From assembly GCF_023055435.1 (NCBI RefSeq), contig NW_025963890.1, positions 24,304,001 to 24,368,000 of the forward strand: 64,000 nt of DNA, in the 5' to 3' direction. This stretch comes from Haliotis rufescens (lineage: Eukaryota). A program made the position numbers and the translations under genes. Below are positions 12,677 through 24,344 of the stretch, piece after piece. Each line of letters begins with the position of its first letter. Positions within the stretch are counted from its first letter, which is position 1. The notes beneath the pieces were generated by a model that was given only the letters and a program-made list of their open reading frames with translations, was not told where the DNA came from and searched no databases.

Positions 12677-12805
12677 CTGCACATGGTGGCATTTATAGTA
12701 TCATCAATGGCTATCAATTGTAAAGTAGAATAGAACAAAATGATGCCCTGTAGGTATGGGAAATATGTGTTATGATCCAAAACCATACTGTGGAGGACAC
12801 GATTG

Positions 12806-15369
12806 GTACGTGTGTCTTGTGTGACACTTACCTCTGTGATGACTGCCGTGTTTGGGCCAGAGGCACACAGATGTGGGGTCTGAAGGGAAGGATGGCTGTA
12901 GTTGGAGGGTTGGACGCGTGTCTTGTGTGACACTTACCTCTGTGATGACTGCCGTGTGTTGAGTACGAGGCACACAGATGTGGGGTCTGAAGGGAAGGAT
13001 GGCTGTAGTTGGAGGGTTGGACGCGTGTCTTGTGTGACACTTACCTCTATGATGACTGCCGTGTGTAGAGTACGAGGCACACAGATGTGGGGTCTGAAGG
13101 GAAGGATGGCTGTAGTTGGAGGGTTGGACGCGTGTCTTGTGTGACACTTACCTCTGTGATGACTGCCGTGTGTTGAGTATGAGGCACACAGATGTGGGGT
13201 CTGAAGGGAAGGATGGCTGTAGTTGGAGGGTTGGACGCGTGTCTTGTGTGACACTTACCTCTGTGATGACTGCTGTGTGTTGAGTACGAGGCACACAGAT
13301 GTGGGGTCTGAAGGGAAGGATGGCTGTAGTTGGAGGGTGGGACGTGTGTCTTGTGTGACACTTACCTCTGTGATGACTGCCGTGTGTAGAGTACGAGGCA
13401 CACAGATGTGGGGTCTGAAGGGAAGGATGGCTGTAGTTGGAGGGTGGGACGCGTGTCTTGTGTGACACTTACCTCTGTCATGACTGCCGTGTGTAGAGTA
13501 CGAGGCACACAGATGTGGGGTCTGAAGGGAAGGATGGCTGTAGTTGGAGGGTGGTACATGTGTCTTGTGTGACACTTACCTCTGTGATGACTGCTGTGTG
13601 TTGAGTACGAGGCACACAGATGTGGGGTCTGAAGGGAAGGATGGCTGTAGTTGGAGGGTTGGACGCGTGTCTTGTGTGACACTTACCTCTGTGATGACTG
13701 CCGTGTTTGGGCCAGAGGCACACAGATGTGGGGTCTGAAGGGAAGGATGGCTGTAGTTGGAGGGTTGGACGCGTGTCTTGTGTGACACTTACCTCTGTGA
13801 TGACTGCCGTGTGTAGAGTACGAGGCACACAGATGTGGGGTCTGAAGAGAAGGATGGCTGTAGTTGGAGGGTGGGACGCGTGTCTTGTGTGACACTTACC
13901 TCTGTGATGACTGCCGTGTGTAGAGTACGAGGCACACAGATGTGGGGTCTGAAGGGAAGGATGGCTGTAGTTGGAGGGTTGGACGCGTGTCTTGTGTGAC
14001 ACTTACCTCTGTGATGACTGCCGTGTTTGGGCCAGAGGCACACAGATGTGGGGTCTGAAGGGAAGGATGGCTGTAGTTGGAGGGTTGGACGCGTATCTTG
14101 TGTGACACTTACCTCTGTGATGACTGCTGTGTGTTGAGTACGAGGCACACAGATGTGGGGTCTGAAGGGAAGGATGGCTGTAGTTGGAGGGTTGGACGCG
14201 TGTCTTGTGTGACACTTACCTCTGTGATGACTGCCGTGTGTAGAGTACGAGGCACACAGATGTGGGGTCTGAAGGGAAGGATGGCTGTAGTTGGAGGGTT
14301 GGACGCGTGTCTTGTGTGACACTTACTTCTGTGATGACTGCCGTGTGTAGAGTACGAGGCACACAGATGTGGGGTCTGAAGGGAAGGATGGCTGTAGTTG
14401 GAGGGTTGGACGCGTGTCTTGTGTGACACTTACCTCTGTGATGACTGCCGTGTGTAGAGTACGAGGCACACAGATGTGGGGTCTGAAGGGAAGGATGGCT
14501 GTAGTTGGAGGGTGGGACGTGCGTCTTGTGTGACACTTACCTCTATGATGACTGCCGTGTGTAGAGTACGAGGCACACAGATGTGGGGTCTGAAGGGAAG
14601 GATGGCTGTAGTTGGAGGGTTGGACGCGTGTCTTGTGTGACACTTACCTCTGTCATGACTGCTGTGTGTTGAGTACGAGGCACACAGATGTGGGGTCTGA
14701 AGGGAAGGATGGCTGTAGTTGGAGGGTTGGACGCGTGTCTTGTGTGACACTTACCTCTGTGATGACTGCCGTGTGTAGAGTACGAGGCACACAGATGTGG
14801 GGTCTGAAGGGAAGGATGGCTGTAGTTGGAGGGTTGGACGCGTGTCTTGTGTGACACTTACCTCTGTGATGACTGCCGTGTGTAGAGTACGAGGCACACA
14901 GATGTGGGGTCTGAAGGGAAGGATGGCTGTAGTTGGAGGGTGGGACGTGCGTCTTGTGTGACACTTACCTCTATGATGACTGCCGTGTGTTGATTAGAGG
15001 CACACAGATGTGGGGTCTGAAGGGAAGGATGGCTGTAGTTGGAGGGTTGGACGCGTGTCTTGTGTGACACTTACCTCTGTGATGACTGCCGTGTGTAGAG
15101 TACGAGGCACACAGATGTGGGGTCTGAAGGGAAGGATGGCTGTAGTTGGAGGGTTGGACGCGTGTCTTGTGTGACACTTACCTCTGTGATGACTGCCGTG
15201 TGTAGAGTACGAGGCACACAGATGTGGGGTCTGAAGGGAAGGATGGCTGTAGTTGGAGGGTGGTACATGTGTCTTGTGTGACACTTACCTCTGTGATGAT
15301 TGCGGTGTGTTGAGTACGAGGCATACAGGAGCGGGGTCTGAGTGGCAGAATTACTGCAGTTGGGGGATT
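12806..15369. repeat. 107-bp satellite, ~24 copies, derived from the exon E tail plus its splice donor
   Basis: Unit = 81 nt homologous to the last 27 codons of exon E + 26 nt starting GTAAGT (minus strand). Confidence 0.97.
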
Positions 15370-15472
15370 GGGGTAGACCTCTTTCCTTCTCTTGAGTAGC
15401 TGCTGATGGTGGTACAGGTAGTATCTGTCTGGATTTGAGGGAGCCATCTGCTTCAGGAGAAATCGAGGTGCC
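15289..15472 (-). CDS. RGS22: RGS22-like coding exon E (APRFLLKQM...LPLRPRSCMPRTQHTAIITE), phase 2/0
   Basis: tttccag acceptor, GAG|GTAAGT donor, 184 nt. Splicing to exon D reconstitutes LYWAPRF; LPLRPxSC motif present. Confidence 0.88.
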
Positions 15473-15596
15473 CTGGAAATTCAATGTATAAATATGAAAA
15501 TCATGAAATCCACATTGTAAGCCAACCTAAAATTGAGTATTATGAGGTATCACAACTAAGAAATTAATACAATGCAGATATATGTTGAGTACATAC

Positions 15597-15758
15597 CAGT
15601 AGAGCACAAGAGGTTCTGCCACCTTGTTCTGAATGGACAATAGTCTGTCTACAGTCCAGCTGGACGGTTCCACCAAACCTAGCAAAGTCTTCCACTCCAT
15701 CGACAGCTCATAGGGAGACCCAGTGTGCTGGTACTTCTCACGCATGTTTGCTAAGTAA
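15597..15758 (-). CDS. RGS22: RGS22-like coding exon D (YLANMREKY...IQNKVAEPLVLY), phase 2/2
   Basis: ccttacag acceptor, GTATGT donor, 162 nt. Phase matches both neighbours (CT|T Leu, TG|G Trp). Confidence 0.9.
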
Positions 15759-15867
15759 CTGTAAGGATACAAAACATTATTAACAAAATAGTTTTACAAG
15801 ATTTAATATCAAAAGAATAGAATATCTTCACCGTCGGGAAAGAACAGTTTCTGAATAGAGATTTAAC

Positions 15868-16376
15868 CAATCTCATTAAAATCAGATCTCAGTTCTTGCT
15901 GCCACTAAACAAAGATCTGAGGACATCCCATTAGAGGTCACGTCAGAACGACCTTTCATCCGACCAATCAGAGCGTCGCTTACCAGATCATGAAAGTGAC
16001 AGTCGGAATGTGATTTCTAATCATGCAGCCTAGAAAACGTTAAAACGGGGTATTCCGAACGATAGTTACGGGCTTAGCGACTGAATCTATACAATCCAGA
16101 CCATATATTAGCCATTCTAGAACGTTCTTTTGTTCAGGTTTCAAATTTTTAAGCGAGAATTTGTCAAAATATGTTTCGAAGCGTAGTCCCCAATTTGAAA
16201 TTAGTGCCGTAAAGCACGAGAAAGCTGCCTTCTGTTTGGCTAATGTCGACTTCTTGTTAGTAATTCCATTGGTCGGTCAGAGTTTGCAAAAGGTCGGTCT
16301 GCGTGATCCATAATGGGATGTCCTCAGATCTTTGTTTAGCGGCAGTGAGAACAAAGATCTGATTTTAATAAGATTG
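15868..16376. mobile_element. MITE with ~100-bp imperfect TIRs and 9-bp TSD (Mutator/MULE-like)
   Basis: CAATCTCATTAAAATCAGATCT...AAACAAAGATCTGAGGACATCCCATTA mirrored at 16309-16376. AGATTTAAC duplicated at 15859-15867 and 16377-16385 (could be read as 11 bp). Confidence 0.85.
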
Positions 16377-16596
16377 AGATTTAACCTACCCGGGAACACT
16401 ATTAAAAAAACAACATGACTAGTAGTATTCATGTGTAACCATGAATCAGTGTTTGAAATGAAAATAAATGCCAGGTTGCCATCAGGACCCACAGACTTTT
16501 GTAGGAGCTAAACTAAACTGACTAAACTGTTCAGACCCTCATTAATAAAAACTGCAGCTAATTGTGACAAATAATTTGGCACATAAATTTACTGCA

Positions 16597-18280
16597 GGCC
16601 CTGAGGACCCCGACAAGTCTTAAACTATGGGCCTGACAAGAGATGTACCTGCCATGAGGACCCCGACAAGTCTTAAACTATGGGCCTGACAAGAGATGTA
16701 CCTGCCATGAGGCCTCGACAAGTCTTAAACTATAGGCCTGACAAGAGATGTACCTGCGATGAGGACCCCGACAAGTCTTAAACTATGGGCCTGACAAGAG
16801 ATGTACCTGCCATGAGGCCTCGACAAGTCTTAAACTATGGGCCTGACAAGAGATGTACCTGCCATGAGGCCTCGACAAGTCTTAAACTGTGGGCCTGACA
16901 AGAGATGTACCTGCCATGAGGCCTCGACAAGTCTTAAACTATGGGCCTGACAAGAGATGTACCTGCCATGAGGCCTCGACAAGTCTTAAACTATGGGCCT
17001 GACAAGAGATGTACCTGCCATGAGGCCTCGACAAGTCTTAAACTATGGGCCTGACAAGAGATGTACCTGCCATGAGGCCTCGACAAGTCTTAAACTATAG
17101 GCCTGACAAGAGATGTACCTGCCATGAGGACCCCGACAAGTCTTAAACTATGGGCCTGACAAGAGATGTACCTGCCATGAGGCCTCGACAAGTCTTAAAC
17201 TATGGGCCTGATAAGAGATGTACCTGCCATGAGGACCCCGACAAATCTTAAACTATGGGCCTGACAAGAGATGTACCTGCCATGAGGCCTCGACAAGTCT
17301 TAAACTATGGGCCTGACAAGAGATGTACCTGCGATGAGGACCCAGACAAGTCTTAAACTCTAGGCCTGACAAGAGATGTACCTGCCATGAGGACCCAGAC
17401 AAGTCTTAAACTATGGGCCTGACAAGAGATGTACCTGCCATGAGGCCTCGACAAGTCTTAAACTATGGGCCTGACAAGAGATGTACCTGCCATGAGGCCT
17501 CGACAAGTCTCAAACTATAGGCCTGACAAGAGATGTACCTGCCATGAGGACCCCGACAAGTCTTAAACTATGGGCCTGACAAGAGATGTACCTGCCATGA
17601 GGCCTCGACAAGTCTTAAACTATGGGCCTGACAAGAGATGTACCTGCCATGAGGCCTCGACAAGTCTCAAACTATGGGCCTGATAAGAGATGTACCTGCC
17701 ATGAGGACCCCGACAAGTCTTAAACTATAGGCCTGACAAGAGATGTACCTGCCATGAGGCCTCGACAAGTCTCAAACTATGGGCCTGATAAGAGATGTAC
17801 CTGCCATGAGGACCCCGACAAGTCTTAAACTATGGGCCTGACAAGAGATGTACCTGCCATGAGGCCTCGACAAGTCTTAAACTATGGGCCTGACAAGAGA
17901 TGTACCTGCCATGAGGCCTCGACAAGTCTTAAACTATGGGCCTGACAAGAGATGTACCTGCCATGAGGCCTCGACAAGTCTTAAACTATGGGCCTGACAA
18001 GAGATGTACCTGCCATGAGGACCCCGACAAGTCTTAAACTATGGGCCTGACATGAGATGTACCTGCCATGAGGCCTCGACAAGTCTTAAACTATAGGCCT
18101 GACAAGAGATGTACCTGCCATGAGGACCCCGACAAGTCTTAAACTATGGGCCTGACAAGAGATGTACCTGCCATGAGGCCTCGACAAGTCTTAAACTATG
18201 GGCCTGACAAGAGATGTACCTGCCATGAGGCCTCGACAAGTCTTAAACTATAGTCCTGACATGAGATGTACCTGCCATGG
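16597..18280. repeat. 52/53-bp minisatellite, ~32 copies
   Basis: Unit GAGGCCTCGACAAGTCTTAAACTATGGGCCTGACAAGAGATGTACCTGCCAT; variant GAGGACCCCGAC. Confidence 0.97.
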
Positions 18281-18329
18281 ACCTAAGGGCAGGCGTATAT
18301 TTCAAACACTACCACAAATCAGTACTTAC

Positions 18330-19615
18330 AGGAGAGTGTGCTCCTCTGACTTGAGCATACGACTCCGGTCAATGTCCACCCAGAGGTTCCAGTGCTTCTC
18401 CCCGAGGGTACCTTCCAGGAAAGCCTTAAACTGCTGGACCCCCTTCAACTTCATCAGGTCATATGTCCGGTGTTTGTGTTTCCTGAAGAAGGTGTCCTGC
18501 TCCTCATAGTCCTCCTCACTGTCCAGGAGGGAATCCACATCACTCTCCTCCTTCTTCTCCTGCAGCTGGGCCAGCTCCTTCTCTGGCTCCTCCAGTTCCA
18601 CCTCTGGGAGCCGAACCTGCCCCTTCTGACTGGGCCCTACAGACAAACGGTCCAGCATATCCATAGTGATGTAGGAGTACTCCTTCTGTGGGAACATTCC
18701 CTGGATCTGAGGATCACTCTCAATACTCCTCTCATCCTCATCAATAATACTAGCAATGCAGCGTTTCAGAATTGCACCAACAATTACTGCTCCTAAGTCA
18801 TCTATACTTTCCACTATAACACTCTCATCTTTTGGGGGAAGATCTTGCTCTGACTGGTTCTCCCTGTCACCTGTCTGCTGAGCATCCTGGTACGTGGACA
18901 GTTCTTCCTCCCTGTCTTCCTCTGTGTCTCCCATGCCAGACTCAGTGTCCGTGGTCTCAGATCGGGGATAGGCATACACCATTGCTCCATGCCTTGACCC
19001 TCTCTGACCATCATCATTAGACATGACACACACAGGTTCAGAGGGGCGAGGAGTGTTGGGTTTGACAGAGCTGCTGGTGAATAGTCTATTGCTGGGTACA
19101 TCATCTTCAGCACTCTCATCAGGGTAAATTCCATGTCTGGAACCAAAGTAGCCACTGCCAAATACAGAACTCTTTGATGGACTCCCAAATCCACTGTCAC
19201 ATCTTCGACTGAGGTCAGTCAGACCCATAACACTCACAGGCCTAGCACTGCTGGGGCGGATAGCACTCTGTGGACGAGACATTGTAGAGAATGTTGTCTC
19301 TGTATTTTGAACCATCTGAGCCTCAGAGAACCAGGCATCGGTGTCAGTAGTGCTTGCATTGCCCATACACACGTACATGTTCTTGATGAGCTCTTCCTTG
19401 GGGTCCACCTTAGGCTCATCATCGTCTTTCTTCTTGGATCGCTTGATGCGAGGTTTGTAGTCTATCTTCATGATGGCAAACTCCTTGGTGTCCTGGCTGA
19501 GTCTGGCCTGTGAGACAATGCTGGCCAGGCGGTACTCCAGGTAGCAGTCACTCTCCAGGAAGGAGGGCAGACGCTCCGCCTTCACCCAGTGGATGCCCTG
19601 CTCCTTGTTCAGTGT
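18330..19615 (-). CDS. RGS22: RGS22-like large coding exon C (TLNKEQGIHWVKAERLPSFLESDCYLEYRL...FKAFLEGTLGEKHWNLWVDIDR), phase 0/2
   Basis: tgcag acceptor, GTAAGT donor, 1286 nt open. Carries RGS22 motifs ERLPxFLESDCYxEYRL and HRTYD...FKxFxxGTLGE..W.LW.DI.R. Confidence 0.93.
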
Positions 19616-19750
19616 CTGCACATGCAAACACAGAGTTACCCACATATTTGGACTAAATGTACCATTACTTCTACTATTTTGTGTTTGTTTATTATTCCAG
19701 GACAAATCCATTATAAAAAAATAGACTTGTTTAGTTGCCTTATTAATTTC

Positions 19751-20014
19751 TTTGTTTGGTTGTTGTTTAAGGCCACATTCAGCAATATTTAAGCTATATG
19801 ATGTTGGTCTGTAAACAATCAAATCTGGACCAGACAATCCAGTGATTGACATCATGAGCATCAATCCAGGCAATTGGGATACAATGACATGCATCAACCA
19901 AATCAGTGAGCCTGACCACCCGATCCCATTTGTCGCCTCTTACGACAAGCATAGTCACCTCTTACTGCAAGCATGGGTTACTGAAGACCTATTCTAACCC
20001 GGATCTTCACGGGT
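19751..20014 (-). mobile_element. SINE-like family B copy in the intron between exons B and C
   Basis: High similarity to the 10138 copy; ends CCCGGATCTTCACGGG. Confidence 0.8.
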
Positions 20015-20044
20015 TTCCAGATAAGTAAACATTTCTTTACTCAC

Positions 20045-20275
20045 AGTGACAGTGAATGATGTATCGATCTCCACCTTCTCCGGTCCCATGGGCTCTTCAA
20101 TGGGGATGAGAGGGATGTCAATGAAGCTGTGCAGTTTGGCCACATGGTACATGCGTGGTGTACGGCGCTGTGACCGGATGGCTGCCTTGATCTGCTGGGC
20201 CAGCTGTTTCTTGGCATTGCTGACCACCTCAAACCCCCCAGTGTCCTTGTTGAAGCACAGCGGCTCAGGGAAACT
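20045..20275 (-). CDS. RGS22: RGS22-like coding exon B (SFPEPLCFNKDTGGFEVV...DTSFTVT), phase 0/0
   Basis: cttcag acceptor, GTGAGT donor, 231 nt = 77 aa. Continues exon A in frame; resembles RGS22 TFSEAIRFNADYGVFEV. Confidence 0.9.
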
Positions 20276-20965
20276 CTGAAGAAGGACATAGCCTAATGAG
20301 TCAGTCATGAAGTCTCTACCAAGAACATAAAGTGTGTTCCTGATGTAAGTCGAGGTGTTGAATCCACACTCATGTTTTCTTGTTTACTAATATAATGTCT
20401 TGGAAGAATTTTATTCCTGAACATGGAATGTACCCAGTCTTATTCATTCTTGAGTTATACATACTTTATCACAGCTTTGTGTGCACACTGAATTCCCCAA
20501 GAGCTGAAAAGTGATGGTTCAACTAAACAATACTGATGTGTCACAGCCCTACTCAGATGTCCATCTGTCTGTGTCTGTGTTTTATTACCCACTCCAGGTC
20601 TACTTTTACTTGACACCAATGGAAATTTCCTTTGTATATTCAATGATATCTGTGTAATCTATACAGGTTAAACAACATCGTAATTATAAGTTGCTGTTCA
20701 ACATCACGTTGCACCTTGGAGAAAACCGCTAGGCCATAACTCAGGTTATATTTTCAGCCCCTGCTTACAATCATGTGACTTGTGATGTTCACTCTTTTAA
20801 TGAGCCTGTAGTTTATCACATTGGCATTGAAACTCAGAACTTGTAATGAAAAAAATATTTTGTTATCTTCCTACCCGTCTTTTCTAATGGTATAAAACCT
20901 GAATGCAAGTTTCTGTTTTGGCCTTGTTAACTGGTTTCTATTGCTGTAATTGTTGTGTTGACATT

Positions 20966-21420
20966 ATGATGATGAATTCTTTAAGATGATGAATTCTTTA
21001 TGATGATGAATTAAATTCTTTAAGATGATGAGTTCTTTATGATGATGAATTCTTTAAGATGATGAGTTCTTTATGATGATGAATTCTTTAAGATGATGAG
21101 TTCTTTAAAATGATGAATTCTTTAAGATGATGAGTTCTTTACAACGATGAATTCTTTATGATGATGAATCTTTTAAGATGAATTCTTTAAGATGATGAAT
21201 TCTTTATGATGATGAATTCTTTAAGATGATGAATTCTTTATGATGATGAATTCTTTAAGATGAATTCTCTAAGATGGTGAATTCTTTATGATGATGAATT
21301 CTTTATGATGATGAATCCTTTAAGATGATGAATTCTTTATGATGATGAATCCTTTAAGATAATGAATTCTTTATGATGATGAATCCTTTACAACAATGAA
21401 TTCTTCGATGATGAATTCTT
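20966..21420. repeat. 17-bp minisatellite
   Basis: Unit GATGATGAATTCTTTA(A/T). Confidence 0.95.
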
Positions 21421-22299
21421 TAGGCAATGTTGAGTGACGGACTCAGTCATGACAGGCATGTTTGGATTTCCCTTTTGTCTAACACCTGAATTCTTTGCAC
21501 AGAACAGGGTAATAAATTTTATATTTAATGATTTGTTGATTCCTAATAAATATAATTGCTCTAAAAAAACAAAAACATTTGGATCTGCCAGCCTTACAAT
21601 GGTTAAAGCTTTAGACAAAATTGTGGAACTGGACACATTCAATCATATTTGCAAACGTGATGCATGTGTGGGAAAAGTTAGTATAAACACAAACCCTACA
21701 AATAGACTAAGTGTTGTACAAATCAAGCAGGTAATTCAGTGGAAATCCCACACCATCATGTGAATCACATCTCAGGCTGTAGGTTTTCCTTTCATCATCA
21801 TAAGCGTATAAAGGACTTAGCATGACAACCTTCAGTATATATCAAACAAACACCACTTCACTGGTGACAGTGACGGGGGACAGCAACATCACAGTCATCG
21901 CAATCCCCACAATCTCTCATTTATCTCTGTGGAAATCACATGTGTGTTATCCTGGATCAGCTTTCAATATTGGTAATGGGCTCACTTATGTCAATACGTA
22001 TAGTTGAAGTTCTATTTATCGTTCTCATTCATCCCAGAGACGGCTGCTAAAAATACAAATGGCTAACATTCATAATAGAAACCTAATATCAGAGAGAATA
22101 AATAGACACGGAGATCAACATATGACCCCTAAACACACAAGAGCAATGGCTTTTGAATGACTAACCTTTGCCTTTTGAATATAGTTGAATGTAGCTTGAG
22201 GTAACCATACCCGGACGGTGAAAAGAGAGTGAGATTAGAGAGAGAGATTCAAACACTACTGCCACCAGTGTAACATGGGCACAACTGGCAGTCACACCA

Positions 22300-23810
22300 T
22301 ACCCAATGTTACAGGGTCCTGACACTATGATGGGACTGAATCACCCAATGCTATAGGGTCCTGACTTTATGATGGGACTGAATCACCCAATGTTACAGGG
22401 TCCTGACACTATGATGGGACTGAATCACCCAATGTTACAGGGTCCTGACACTATGATGGGACTGAATCACCCAATGCTACAGGGTCCTGACACTATGATG
22501 GGACTGAATCACCCAATGTTACAGGGTCCTGACTCTATGATGGGACTGAATCACCCAATGCTACAGGGTCCTGACACTCTGATGGGACTGAATCACCCAA
22601 TGCTACAGGGTCCTGACTCTATGATGGGACTGAATCACCCAATGCTACAGGGTCCTGACTCTATGATGGGACTGAAATCACCCAATGCTACAGGGTCCTG
22701 ACACTATGATGGGACTGAATCACCCAATGCTACAGGGTCCTGACACTATGATGGGACTGAATCACCCAATGCTACAGGGTCCTGACTCTATGATGGGACT
22801 GAATCACCCAATGCTACAGGGTCCTGACTCTATGATGGGACTGAAATCACCCAATGCTACAGGGTCCTGTCTCTATGATGGGGCTGAAATCACTAAATGC
22901 TACAGGGTCCTGTCTCTATGATGGGACTGAATCACCCAATGCTACAGGGTCCTGACTCAATGATGGGACTGAAATCATCCAATGTTACAGGGTCCTGACT
23001 TTATGATGGGACTGAATCACCCAATGTTACAGGGTCCTGACTCTATGATGGGACTGAATCACCCAATGCTACAGGGTCCTGACTCTATGATGGGGCTGAA
23101 TCACCCAATGTTACAGGGTCCTGACTCTATGATGGGACTGAAATCACCCAATGCTACAGGGTCCTGACTCTATGATGGGACTGAAATCACCCAATGCTAC
23201 AGGGCTATGACGCTATGATGGGACTGAATCACCCAATGCTACAGGGTCCTGACTCTATGATGGGACTGAAATCACCCAATGGTACAGGGTCCTGACACTA
23301 TGATGGGACTGAAATCACCCAATGCTATAGGGCTATGACGCTATGATGGGACTGAAATCACCCAATGCTACAGGTCAATGTGACGCTATGATGGGACTGA
23401 AATCACCCAATGCTACAGGTCCATGTGACACTATGATGGGACTGAAATCACCCAATGCTACAGGGCTATGACGCTATGATGGGACTGAAATCACCCAATG
23501 GTACAGGGTCCTGACCCTATGACGGGACTGAAATCACCAAATGCTACAGAGCTATGACGCTATGATGGGACTGAAATCACCCAATGCTACAGGTCCATGT
23601 GACGCTATGATGGGACTGAAATCACCCAATGCTACAGGTCCATGTGACTCTATGATGGGACTGAAATCACCTAATGCTACAGGGCTATGACGCTATGATG
23701 GGACTGAAATCACCCAATGCTACAGTGCTATGATGCTATGATGGGACTGAAATCACCCAATGGTACAGGACAATGATGCTGTGATGGGACTGAAATCACC
23801 CAATGCTATC
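22300..23810. repeat. 42/43-bp minisatellite, ~35 copies
   Basis: Unit CCCAATGCTACAGGGTCCTGACTCTATGATGGGACTGAA(A)TCA; diverges toward the right end. Confidence 0.97.
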
Positions 23811-24344
23811 AGAGCAATAAGTCCTTGTAAACTGTTTATCAGGCATACACTCAATCATATGTTGTTATCAACAGATAACCCTTACATAGGGACATTGTTA
23901 GATCTTTGGATACTTGTATCGAGGAATGTAATAGACATGGTGGCATTCAGTTTTAACTGGTTCTTCACAGCACCGTTATGTACTCCAGATTTACAGCTTG
24001 TTTCAAATTTGCTCCTGTGTCTTGAGAGTATGTGTATTGACAAGGCACTTGTGTCAGGACTTGTGTCAGGACTTGTGTGAGATAGGTATGTGTTACTGTG
24101 AAGGTCGTGTGACCTCCCTCGGAGATAAGACAGACAGGCCATATCATGCCTACAGCACCTGACAAGGACTCTCCACAGGGACGTTGTGCTTCATCTTCCA
24201 GAACCAACACACACTGTCCGTCAACATGTCATAAGTACTACATTCTCTTCATCACAATAGCACACTAAATACCTTTATCCAATAATACACATCACCTAAA
24301 AAATTATATTCCTGAAACCTTGTCATTTAACATAGAGTTATTTA

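Noticed and set aside
12616-15284. Dozens of MSHKTRVQ.../MEGWTR... ORFs
   Set aside because: Frame-rotating translations of the 107-bp satellite, not genes.
12831-15288. Frame-preserving tandem exon array (81-nt exons with 26-nt introns)
   Set aside because: The 26-nt spacer ends in CC, not AG, and is too short. Available AG acceptors give 49, 65 or 91 nt, none a multiple of 3.
19616-19897. N-terminal 94 aa of ORF 18326..19897
   Set aside because: Read-through into intron and a family B SINE; the real exon starts at the acceptor at 19615.
239-20279. Plus-strand ORFs overlapping RGS22 exons (239, 8846, 8986, 11354, 11902, 18392, 20046)
   Set aside because: Antisense shadows of GC-rich coding exons.
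21388-21830. ORFs next to the 17-bp array
   Set aside because: No recognisable motif or splice support; stops in the most protein-like frame.
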